Of a DNA stretch of 64,000 bases, positions 10,917-19,541 are shown one piece after another. The notes beneath the pieces were generated by a model that was not told the DNA's origin, searched no databases, and was given only the letters and a program-made list of their open reading frames with translations. The DNA is from Candidatus Latescibacterota bacterium (lineage in GTDB: Bacteria > Latescibacterota > UBA2968): contig OZ242010.1 of assembly GCA_965204745.1 (NCBI GenBank), positions 2,272,001 through 2,336,000 of the forward strand, read 5' to 3'. A program made the position numbers and the translations under genes. Each line of letters begins with the position of its first letter. Positions within the stretch are counted from its first letter, which is position 1.

Positions 10917-12263
10917 TTAGGTGTAGCGGGCGTTGCGGTATTTGGGGTGGTAAAATTCGGGGAGGAGTTGGTCCACGCGCAGGAGCCCCTGGCGGCTTAG
11001 GGTGATGCTGTGGGAATCGAAAGACAACATCGCGGCATCGCGGAGTTCGCGGTAGATCGGCCCGAATCGCTGCAGGATATCCACGCCGAATTTGTCTTGA
11101 AAATACGCGGTTTCGATGCGCCCGAGTTTGAGTTGCAGGATCATTTCCCTGATCAGACGCTCTTCTTCTGTGGGCACAAAAGATCGGTTGATCGGGAGTT
11201 GCCCGCGGCCCGCGGCGTCGATGTACGGGTCCCAGTGCGTCTGGTTTTGGAAGTGCATGCCGCCTGCGTGGGAAAATGAGGCCACGCCCGTGCCGATGAG
11301 GTCCGCGCTGCGCCACAGGGCGTCCCGATAGATGAATTTGTTTGGGCGACCTTTTTTTGTCAAGGTGTACGCGCTAGAGGGTTCATAGCCCGCGGTGGCG
11401 AATTGTTCGATAGCGTAATCGTGCCATTCCCGCTTGGTTTGCCAGTCTGCGACCGGCACCCCATTGCCGCTGCGGATGGCCTGCGAGTACGTGGTGTTGA
11501 AGGGCAGTTCCATCTGGTAAATGGTCACGCTGTCCGCATCGAGGTCGATGGTGCGCTGCACTGTGTCTCGCCACGTCTCGAATACCTCCCCCACCATGCC
11601 CGCGATGAGATCCACGTTGACCTGTGCGAATCGTTGCGCTTTGACCCATGGCATGACCGCGTAAATTTCCTTGCTGACGTGGGCGCGGCCATTTTCGCGC
11701 AAGATGTCGTCGTTCAAATTTTCCAACCCCAAGCTCAAGCGCGTGACCCCGATATCGCGGATGGCCTCAACTTTGGATTGCGACAAAGTGCCCGGCTCGC
11801 ATTCAAATGCCACTTCTTCGGCAGCGTCCCACGGCATCGCGGCTTTGACCCGATCCACCAAAGCGCGTAGGTGTTTGACGCTGATGTAGGACGGGGTTCC
11901 GCCCCCAAAATAGATGAAGTGCAATGCGCGGCCCGCAATGCGCGGCAGGGTGCTGTACGTTTCGACTTCGCGGGCCAGGGCGTCCAGGTACGTTTGGATT
12001 TCAGAACTGTTGCGCCCGGTATAAACCCTGAAATAACAGAATTTGCACCGCTTGCGGCAAAAGGGGATGTGCATGTACAAGCCCAAGGGGATGGCTTTGT
12101 CCGCGGGGTCAGCGGCGTGCAACATGGCTTTGATGCGTGCCGTGTTTTCGTCTCGCCAAAAGGAATAGGGCGGGTAATTGGACACAAAGACGCTGCCCAC
12201 GTCTGTTTCCTTCCAAGCCTTGCGGGTGGTAGCCGGCTCTGGAATCAGGATTTGTTCGCTCAT
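10917..12263 (-). CDS. HemN-like (class C) radical SAM enzyme
   Basis: YMHIPFCRKRCKFCYF (CxxxCxxC), YFGGGTPS, RLSLG, NVDLIAG; ATGA-coupled to the upstream gene. Confidence 0.9.
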   Translation of the reverse strand: MSEQILIPEPATTRKAWKETDVGSVFVSNYPPYSFWRDENTARIKAMLHAADPADKAIPLGLYMHIPFCRKRCKFCYFRVYTGRNSSEIQTYLDALAREVETYSTLPRIAGRALHFIYFGGGTPSYISVKHLRALVDRVKAAMPWDAAEEVAFECEPGTLSQSKVEAIRDIGVTRLSLGLENLNDDILRENGRAHVSKEIYAVMPWVKAQRFAQVNVDLIAGMVGEVFETWRDTVQRTIDLDADSVTIYQMELPFNTTYSQAIRSGNGVPVADWQTKREWHDYAIEQFATAGYEPSSAYTLTKKGRPNKFIYRDALWRSADLIGTGVASFSHAGGMHFQNQTHWDPYIDAAGRGQLPINRSFVPTEEERLIREMILQLKLGRIETAYFQDKFGVDILQRFGPIYRELRDAAMLSFDSHSITLSRQGLLRVDQLLPEFYHPKYRNARYT

Positions 12264-13378
12264 TTTTGTTCTCCAAAACAATACAAGGTGCCGTCGGTCG
12301 TGCCGATAATCAGCCGGTTGCGCGCCACGCTCGGAGAGGCCACAAAGCCGGAGCCCGCGACAAATTCCCATTCGGGTTCGCCCGTCTGCCGGTTCAAAGC
12401 CACGAGTTTGCCGCCGGTGGTGGCCGCATAGATGCGGTTGCCAGCGATGACCGGAGAGGCTTCAAACCGGGATCGAGAGGCGTAGGTCCACAGGGTTTCG
12501 CCGGTGTCTAGGTGCAAGGCGTGAACCATCTTGTCGCGGCCCGCAACGACGAGCAGATCAGCGGTGAGAGCAGGCGACGCGTAGTAGGGAAATTTGCGTT
12601 GTGGGTGTTCGTAGTGCCACGCGATTTTTTTGTCCTCGAGGTCGATGCACAACACTTGGTTGCCGTACGTGCCCACGTACGCGCGGGTGTTGCGAACCGC
12701 CGCGCTCGCGCCCACGTACGCATCGAGTGCGATTTCCCCGCGTTCTTCGCCGCTATCGATGTCGATCACGCGCAAGAACCCGTCGCATCCCGCGATGAGG
12801 GCCTGCGCTTGCGCGATAGCCGGCATGCCGTGGACGTAGCTATCGGTTTCGACCTGCCACAAGACGGCGCCGTCTTTGGGCGCGAGGCAATAGAGGGTGT
12901 GATCATAAGAGCCGATCAAGATGCGGTCAGGCGTCGCATTGGCCGATGAGAGGATTTCCCCATCTGTTTGAAAGGTCCATAAAACCTTCCCGGTTTGGGC
13001 ATCGACCGCGTGAAAGACGCCATTGCCGTCGCCGACGAAGACGCCGTTGCCCAGGGCCAATGGCGAGGCTTTGATCTCGCCGGTTGCGCGATAGGTCCAC
13101 AGCAACGCGCCGCTGTCCAAATCAAAGGCGTAGAGTTTTTCGTCCAACCCGCCCACATAGACCGCGTTTTGCCAGATCGCGGCTGTGGATTCAATGCCGA
13201 TTTCGATTTGCGCGGTCCACAAAACCGCCATGTCCTGTGGCAGGGCCGTGGCGACGCCTGTGGATTGTGCATCCCCGCGAAACCGCGTCCAGTCTTCTGC
13301 GCGGAGGGGCAGGACAAACAAAAAGCAACCGCTGATGAACGCGGATAACCACAGATGAAGGCGGGAGATGTCGTTCAT
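12260..13378 (-). CDS. Secreted PQQ-binding-like beta-propeller protein
   Basis: Signal peptide, DWTRFRGD, multiple SP...G..YA.D..TG..LW blades. Confidence 0.9.
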   Translation of the reverse strand: MNDISRLHLWLSAFISGCFLFVLPLRAEDWTRFRGDAQSTGVATALPQDMAVLWTAQIEIGIESTAAIWQNAVYVGGLDEKLYAFDLDSGALLWTYRATGEIKASPLALGNGVFVGDGNGVFHAVDAQTGKVLWTFQTDGEILSSANATPDRILIGSYDHTLYCLAPKDGAVLWQVETDSYVHGMPAIAQAQALIAGCDGFLRVIDIDSGEERGEIALDAYVGASAAVRNTRAYVGTYGNQVLCIDLEDKKIAWHYEHPQRKFPYYASPALTADLLVVAGRDKMVHALHLDTGETLWTYASRSRFEASPVIAGNRIYAATTGGKLVALNRQTGEPEWEFVAGSGFVASPSVARNRLIIGTTDGTLYCFGEQK

Positions 13379-14502
13379 GAGTACACCGATGAATAAAGGG
13401 ACAGATAGGCTTGCTCGTCAACGGGTCTTGGGTTAAACGCCCCCGTCCATTGTTCTGTTGCATTTTTTGCCAGCGATGGGAGGTGGTCGCGGGCGACGCC
13501 GAGGTCGCGCAGGCGCGCAGGGAGGTGCGCGCGTTCTTTTAGGGCGATGATTTGCCGGGCGAGGGCGTCGGTATTTTCGCACAGGCCGCGATAGCGCGCG
13601 CTTTGGGTTTCCCCGTTGAATCGGATGACCGCGGGCAACATGAGGCCCACGGCGACGCCATGCGCGATGCCGAAATGCGCGGTTAAGGGATTGGCGCATG
13701 CGTGGGCCGCGCCCAACATGGCGTTTTCAATGGCTGCGCCGGCAAAGTGCGCCCCCAATAGCATGTGGCTTCGCGCCTCTTTGTCAGACGGATGGTCGAG
13801 CACGCGCTCGAAGCCGCGCGAGAGCAAGTGCCACGCCTTTTGCGCGAACAGTTGCGAGATCGGGGTCGCCCGCGTGCAGACGTAGCTTTCGATGGCGTGG
13901 GCCATAGCGTCGATGCCGGTTGCCGCAACCACGGGTCGCGGCGCGCTTTCGATGAGGGACGGATCGAGAATGGCGGTCTTGAATCGCGCTTTGAGGTCCC
14001 CACACGCCATTTTTTCGTGGGTCTTTGCATCGGAGATCAGGGCGTAGGATTGCGCTTCGCTTCCCGTGCCCGCGGTGGTGGGGATGCCGATAGACGGCAA
14101 CATGGGTTTGGTCGCGTGTCCCATGCCCCGGTAATCCGCCATCTGCCCGCCGTTGGTGAGGATGAAGTTGATGCCTTTGGCGCAGTCCATCGCGCTACCC
14201 CCGCCCAGGCCGATGATGCAGTCGATGGGGCCCCGCGCTTTTGCAAATGCCACGCCCGCCGAGACGTGTTGCGTGGTCGGATTTTCACCCGCGCCGTCGA
14301 ACACGCAACACGCGAGGGACGCGCTTTGCAGAGACGCGATGGCCCTGTCCGCAAGCCCGGCGCGCACGATGCCCGGGTCCGTGACGAGCAAGACGCGGTT
14401 GACGCCGAGTTCTGCGGCGCGTTGCCCGAGTTGCGCGAGTGTTCCCTCGCCGAATATCACGCGCGTTGAGGGGTGAAAGTCAAAGGGTGTGTGCGTGTAC
14501 AA
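13375..14502 (-). CDS. Iron-containing alcohol dehydrogenase
   Basis: GGGSAMDCAK, IPTTAGTGSE, DAMAHAIE, AHACA, HG; TTG start after AGGAGG. Confidence 0.92.
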   Translation of the reverse strand: MYTHTPFDFHPSTRVIFGEGTLAQLGQRAAELGVNRVLLVTDPGIVRAGLADRAIASLQSASLACCVFDGAGENPTTQHVSAGVAFAKARGPIDCIIGLGGGSAMDCAKGINFILTNGGQMADYRGMGHATKPMLPSIGIPTTAGTGSEAQSYALISDAKTHEKMACGDLKARFKTAILDPSLIESAPRPVVAATGIDAMAHAIESYVCTRATPISQLFAQKAWHLLSRGFERVLDHPSDKEARSHMLLGAHFAGAAIENAMLGAAHACANPLTAHFGIAHGVAVGLMLPAVIRFNGETQSARYRGLCENTDALARQIIALKERAHLPARLRDLGVARDHLPSLAKNATEQWTGAFNPRPVDEQAYLSLYSSVYS

Positions 14503-14519
14503 GGTGGTACCCTCCTTCT

Positions 14520-15947
14520 CTAGCCGGCCCGCCTGGCCCATTGCAGGGCGCGCTGGCGGTACAGGTGTTCAAACAAATTGCCTTCATGGGGCTGATCCCA
14601 CGAGAGTTGATGCGTGGGGATGGCGCCCACATTGAGGCGTTCGACATGGGGGGACGCGAGCAAGTCGTCGATCAACGCGCCGTCTTCGGTCAACGCGGTC
14701 ACCACGAGGCTCGGCCCAATGGCGTTCAACATTTCCGCTTGCGGGACTTCCACTACGCTCGCAAAGGGGAACAGGTACTCGGTATTCGCCAAGGGGTGCG
14801 CCGCATCCTCGCACCAGATAACCGTGGGGGTTAAGAATTTCAAGCCGTGGATTTCCACGAGCCGATCCCCGCGCAATTTTTGTGTGAGGTCTGCCGCGCC
14901 CGGGGTTTTGAGGTGGATATCTATGGCGCCCGATAGTTGCTCTGCGAACGCGGGATTGGTGAACGCGGCGAGTTGCGCGTTGGGGTCGCGCAAGGGCCGC
15001 GCGTGGATCGTCGCCAGTCGCTCGGCGAGTGCTTCGGCGATTTCCCGGCCGCGTGCGGGGACCCACACGCCGGACGCATTGATGCAGGAACGCCCGCCGT
15101 TTGCTGCGATAGAGGACGCGATGAGGTCGAGGTGGTCTTCCCAGCGGTCTATCTCGTCTTCGCCGATGATGATTTTGCTCTGCCCCGGCCCGTGGATTTC
15201 CACGCGGGGGTCGTTTTCCCACGCCGCGACGGTTGCCCCGCCGCCAAAGAGCATGGTGCGCCCGCAGCGCAAGAGGATTTCGGTCGCGCCGCCGTGGTCC
15301 GTGGGGTAAAACCCAAAGGCTTCGGCCGGGCAACCGGCTTTGATAAATGCCTGTGCAATGCGAAAGGGGGTCCACGGTTCTTCGCGCCCAGGTTTCAACG
15401 CCAAGGGCACTTTGAGCGGAATGGCGGGCAGCCACAGCGCGTGGACCCCAGGCGAGTTGCTCGGCAAGATCGCGCCCAGCGCGTCGGTTTGACAAATATA
15501 GCTGAGGGAACGGCCATCTTGATCGCACCAGCCCCCGTCGAGCACCGAGAGGTTTAACCCGCGCGTCAGGCCGCCCAAGATGGGTTCGATCTCATCGCAG
15601 GTGCGCTGAATTTTTGCCATGTTTGCGCGGCAGAGAACTTCGGGCATGCCGGTCGTGCCAGACACTTGCCGTATGTAGTCTTCGGGCGATTGGACGTGAT
15701 CGCCGAGGGGCAAGTCCGCGCTTGCAAACAAGTCCGCGGCGCGACGGGTGATGGCGATGAGTTCAGAGACGCTCATAGCGTCCAGCGCACGTTTGTTCGC
15801 GGCGGCGGTATTTAAGTCTTTTGCGATCAGCCCCCGGTTTGCCTGACTGACCCGGACGAATGGCTCGCGCGTTTGAATGTGCGCGACTTCCTGAACGCTC
15901 AGGCTCGCATAGGGTTTTCCCGCACGCAAAATGGGGATGTGAATCAT
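14520..15947 (-). CDS. Divergent aldehyde dehydrogenase-family protein (GriD/EhpG-like reductase component)
   Basis: ILPSNSPGVH, LKPG, GRSCINAS catalytic Cys, EYLFP; paired in the cluster with a GriC/EhpF homologue. Confidence 0.8.
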   Translation of the reverse strand: MIHIPILRAGKPYASLSVQEVAHIQTREPFVRVSQANRGLIAKDLNTAAANKRALDAMSVSELIAITRRAADLFASADLPLGDHVQSPEDYIRQVSGTTGMPEVLCRANMAKIQRTCDEIEPILGGLTRGLNLSVLDGGWCDQDGRSLSYICQTDALGAILPSNSPGVHALWLPAIPLKVPLALKPGREEPWTPFRIAQAFIKAGCPAEAFGFYPTDHGGATEILLRCGRTMLFGGGATVAAWENDPRVEIHGPGQSKIIIGEDEIDRWEDHLDLIASSIAANGGRSCINASGVWVPARGREIAEALAERLATIHARPLRDPNAQLAAFTNPAFAEQLSGAIDIHLKTPGAADLTQKLRGDRLVEIHGLKFLTPTVIWCEDAAHPLANTEYLFPFASVVEVPQAEMLNAIGPSLVVTALTEDGALIDDLLASPHVERLNVGAIPTHQLSWDQPHEGNLFEHLYRQRALQWARRAG

Positions 15948-15974
15948 GGGGTATCCTTATTTAAGTTGTCTGTA

Positions 15975-16326
15975 TCCCGCTTCACATCAGGGATGAATGA
16001 GAAACAGACATTCAGTAGGGATCATGCGGTGCTGGTCTAAAACGTTTGGTCCTACAACCTCGTTGGTTGCATCCGATGCCTTCGGCGACTTCTTTTTTGC
16101 TTGCCCAAAAAAGAAGCAAAAAAGGGCACTCTCAAACGCCGAGAGGCTTGCACAGCGCAATGCGCTTTTGTAACAGAACGATACGCGCCAGCCTGCAAGG
16201 TGGGTTGCATAATGGATGTTGGTTGCGAGACGGACTTGCGCGCTGTGCGTGATGACCTTATCTGATGGTCTGTTGTGATGGCATGGTTGCAAGGGCTTCT
16301 CTGAATGACTGCGGAAGTCAAGGATC
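15975..16326. mobile_element. Second, end-less copy of the 6413-6860 MITE
   Basis: Long shared blocks such as ATCAGGGATGAATGAG, CTCTCAAACGCCGAGAGGCTTGCACAGCGCAA and GTTGCATAATGGATGTTGGTTGCGAGACGG. Confidence 0.8.
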
Positions 16327-16345
16327 ACCTGCTCTTATTTTTTTT

Positions 16346-17420
16346 GGACTTACGCCAGGGTCATTGGTATCGCCGGTGTTTTGAGTTGTTGTCTCAAATA
16401 GTCCTCCCATAAGCCATGTTTGACTTGATAGATGGTTTGTCCGGTCTGATGAGCGACTTGGGTCAGTCGTCCCCAAACGAGAAAGGCACACGCAATGTGG
16501 TTTCGCACAATGCGTGCCAATCGGCATTGACACTTTTCAAGCCCCGTTACCTGTTTTGCTTCCCGGTGAACTTGCTCAATCTTCCAACGCAAGTGGCACA
16601 CCGCTTGTGCCACCGACGGGTCGGTTTGAGTCAAGTCGTTCGTCACGATATACGCCGTGCGTCCCGTAGGAGATGCAACCCGGAATACGTTCACCTTATG
16701 GTTTTTGGGGAACCCTCTGAGTTTCATGCGTTTTCCTGTGGCCTGTTCGCGTTTGGTCCAAGTTAAGGCATCAACCCGTTGATAGGGGTTTTCACCTGCC
16801 GAATCGTCCACGAGGCGATTCTTTTTAATAGGACAGTAATAGGTCTTTTGCAAGTGCTCAATGTGAAGCATGACCGCTTTGGTGGCATACCAAGTATCCA
16901 TCACGACCCGATCAAAAGGCAGCTTTTTGTGAGAGACCAAGAGTGACAACATCTCTTTGACGGGGTCTAACTTGGTTTTTCCGTCCCCTTCTGGGTCATA
17001 AATGCGATAGTCAATCAACCAAAACTGATCGGTAACCGGATTGACATACACACACGTCACCACACCGATCCCATTGATGACCCCCTTCGCATTGCCACTG
17101 TATTGCCGACGCACGAGGGCCATCTTTTTCGCATAGCGCTTGTCTTGGACCGTATCATCAAAGAGAACCACGCCCTTTGCGGTCAACGTGAGGTGGGGGG
17201 TGACGTTTTTCCAGATCTCACGCGGCGAGACGCGATCCCCACCCAGCGTGCGGTTGAGCATATCATGCGTGAACCGATCGCTGTGATCTGCGAAATGAGT
17301 CAGGGTATAGTTGTGCGGACTACTAAGCAAATACTGGCAGTCATCCAGGCGCGTTGGTTTCGCCATACAGACCTCCAATGTGAGGATGGGGGGCGATCTC
17401 GTTCTTTTTTGCGTAAGTCC
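16346..17420 (-). mobile_element. IS701-family insertion sequence
   Basis: Inverted repeats GGACTTACGC (16346) / GCGTAAGTCC (17411-17420); TATTTTT on both flanks is a likely target duplication. Confidence 0.85.
16350..17366 (-). CDS. IS701-family DDE transposase
   Basis: FDDTVQDK, RRQYSGN, VMDTWY, RWKIEQVHREAKQVTGLEKCQCR; start MAKPT after GGAGG. Confidence 0.9.
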   Translation of the reverse strand: MAKPTRLDDCQYLLSSPHNYTLTHFADHSDRFTHDMLNRTLGGDRVSPREIWKNVTPHLTLTAKGVVLFDDTVQDKRYAKKMALVRRQYSGNAKGVINGIGVVTCVYVNPVTDQFWLIDYRIYDPEGDGKTKLDPVKEMLSLLVSHKKLPFDRVVMDTWYATKAVMLHIEHLQKTYYCPIKKNRLVDDSAGENPYQRVDALTWTKREQATGKRMKLRGFPKNHKVNVFRVASPTGRTAYIVTNDLTQTDPSVAQAVCHLRWKIEQVHREAKQVTGLEKCQCRLARIVRNHIACAFLVWGRLTQVAHQTGQTIYQVKHGLWEDYLRQQLKTPAIPMTLA

Positions 17421-17885
17421 TATTTTTGATAAAAACATAAGGGGTTTGATCGGTTTTCACAATTTTTTTCATAAAAGCCACATAGTTCTCGTACTGCGAC
17501 AGCGGTATTTGTTTTTTCATCAACTCGAATGTTCGGGTGTGGTGCAACGCGCCATCTGAAAAGCGATAGGTGGTTTTGAAAGAACCGAAGGGCGTTGTGA
17601 TTTCTTTTGTCTCGGGCGCGGTTTCCAAGGCGTATCCCTCGGGAATATCGATGGATAGGGAGTCGATATGCGTATAGGGATAGGAGTGGTACACGGAGAA
17701 TTGGCGTTCCCGTTCTCTCGGCACGTCCCTAGGCGTGGCGCGGTTCACGATGTTGGGATTGACAAAGAGTCTCTTCGCGCTTCGAGTGCCGAATTTGCCG
17801 GACGTGCCGCGGATGCACACCTCGAGGGGTTGATCGAAGTCCTCGTGCAGATGATCGATCTCATAAGTCGCCAAGTCCAGCACGG
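17421..17885 (-). pseudogene. C-terminal fragment of a DUF3857/transglutaminase/DUF3858-type protein
   Basis: IDIPEGYALE...TPFGSF...Y..FMKKIVKTD pattern; 5' end cut by the tnpB right end and 3' end cut by IS701. Confidence 0.7.
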
Positions 17886-17990
17886 GTGAAGAACCCCTCG
17901 CTGAAGCATCGGGGCTTCAGCCCCACTTCAGCGTAGGTTGTGCGATCAACAGACAAAGCAGGTCAAGCCGCGACCTGTCTTACTTGTCCT
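17886..17990 (-). ncRNA. IS200/IS605-type right end, putative TnpB omegaRNA scaffold
   Basis: Minus strand CGCTGAAGTGGGGCTGAAGCCCCGATGCTTCAGCG hairpin, then ...GGGGTTCTTCAC end, directly after the tnpB 3' end. Confidence 0.6.
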
Positions 17991-18190
17991 TCTGCAAAGG
18001 TTGTCTTCCCAACCTCATGGATATTATACGCGGCGTTCAAGTCTCGGTCGCACGTCCAACCGCAGTAGCAACGGAACACACGGTCGCGCAAGTTCAAGTC
18101 TTCTTTGACCGTCCCACAAGCATTGCATGTCTTGCTGGACGGATAGAACTTGTCAATGAACACAATGTCTTTGCCGTGCTTCTCTCCACT
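17963..18190 (-). pseudogene. tnpB: TnpB C-terminal remnant (zinc ribbon and RuvC-III)
   Basis: IDKFYPSSKTCNACG...FRCYCGWTCDRDLNAAYNI. Confidence 0.9.
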
Positions 18191-18227
18191 CTCCCTCGCC
18201 TTCAACCGCGCCTTTGTGGTGATGGCA

Positions 18228-19319
18228 CTACCGGCCCCTCAAATCCAGCGCGATGCCAGTTGGCGACCTCAATCCTGTGGTGATGAGGTCTTCAACCTGG
18301 GAGCCATCCAAGTTGGCACGCTGAATCTTACCCGTCCAGGCCGTCCAGTACATCTTTCCGCGTCCCACATCCAGCGCGATGCCTTCTGGATTCCTCAATC
18401 CTGTGGTGATGAGGTCTTCGACATTGGAGCCATCCAAGTTGGCACGCTGAATCTTACCCGTGCCAAAGAACGGACTGTCCGTCCAGTACATCTTTCCGCG
18501 TCCCACATCCAGCGCGATGCCCCGTGGCCACCCCAATCCTGTGGTAATGAGGTCTTCGACATTGGAGCCATCCAAGTTGGCACGCTGAATCTTATCCGTG
18601 GTAACGTCCACCCAGTACATCTTTCCGCGTCCCACATCCAGCGCGATGCCCCGTGGCCCCCTCAATCCTGTGGTAATGAGGTCTTCGACATTGGAGCCAT
18701 CCAAGTTGGCACGCTGAATCTTATCCGTCCAAGTGTCCGTCCAGTACATCTTTCCGCGTCCCACATCCAGCGCGAAGCTCTCTGGCCACCTCAATCCTAT
18801 GGTGATGAGGTCTTCGACATCGGAGCCATCCAAGTTGGCACGCTGAATCTTACCCGTGCCAGAGAATGGCGAGGCCGTCCAGTACATCTTTCCGCGTCCC
18901 ACATCCAGCGCGATGCCAACTAGCGCACTCAATCCTGTGGTAATGAGGTCTTCGACATTGGAGCCATCCAAGTTGGCACGCTGAATCTTATCCGTGCGAA
19001 CGTCCGTCCAGTACATCTTGGGCGTCCCTCCCCCACTGCCACCAGGAGGTGGAGGCTGTGGGGGAGGGACCGGACACGATGTGCCATAACTGCTGGCAAA
19101 ACTAAGAAAATCCTGAAAGTCTATCGCGCCATCGCTATTCAAATCGTACTTGGCTTGGTATCTGCCATCCCCTTGCCGCGTGCCAAATTGCCCTGCAAAC
19201 GCAAGAAAGTCGGAAAAGCCTACCGTGCCATCGCCATCAAAATCTGCTTCGCACTGTGCTCCAGCCGGGGCGTGCATCACCAACACACAACTCATAACAC
19301 ACAGATACCACAGCCGCAT
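18228..19319 (-). CDS. Secreted EF-hand/dockerin-like plus six LDL-receptor class B (YWTD) repeat protein
   Basis: Signal peptide, DFDGDGTVGFSDFL and DLNSDGAIDFQDFL, Pro/Gly linker, six copies of KMYW...KIQRANLDGS.VEDLIT.GL...IALD; AGGAGG RBS. Confidence 0.9.
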   Translation of the reverse strand: MRLWYLCVMSCVLVMHAPAGAQCEADFDGDGTVGFSDFLAFAGQFGTRQGDGRYQAKYDLNSDGAIDFQDFLSFASSYGTSCPVPPPQPPPPGGSGGGTPKMYWTDVRTDKIQRANLDGSNVEDLITTGLSALVGIALDVGRGKMYWTASPFSGTGKIQRANLDGSDVEDLITIGLRWPESFALDVGRGKMYWTDTWTDKIQRANLDGSNVEDLITTGLRGPRGIALDVGRGKMYWVDVTTDKIQRANLDGSNVEDLITTGLGWPRGIALDVGRGKMYWTDSPFFGTGKIQRANLDGSNVEDLITTGLRNPEGIALDVGRGKMYWTAWTGKIQRANLDGSQVEDLITTGLRSPTGIALDLRGR

Positions 19320-19394
19320 AACCGCCTCCTAAAAAAAATTTTGGGCGACTTTAGAATAGGCGTCGCCCAGAGCCTTATCGTACAAACAAACGCC

Positions 19395-19481
19395 TCAATA
19401 GGCGTCACCGGCGCATCTGCGTAACGTGCTCGGATGAACGCCAAGCAAAGCAACCGCTTTGCGCGTATTTACATAAGCCAT
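19395..19481 (-). pseudogene. tnpA: IS607-family TnpA N-terminal (MerR-like HTH) stub, 28 codons
   Basis: Manual translation MAYVNTRKAVALLGVHPSTLRRCAGDAY*, resembling IS607 TnpA N-termini of the type MAY..RKAV..LG.HPNTLR.YAD. Confidence 0.65.
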
Positions 19482-19541
19482 AACCGATAACTTACCACAA
19501 TAAACAACAAAAGTCAGCAATCTATTTACAAGACGTTAGCA

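Noticed and set aside
10917-12263. Calling the radical SAM enzyme hemN or a PqqE/RiPP maturase
   Set aside because: No heme genes nearby, no SPASM/RRE features and no precursor peptide identified; only family-level assignment is supportable.
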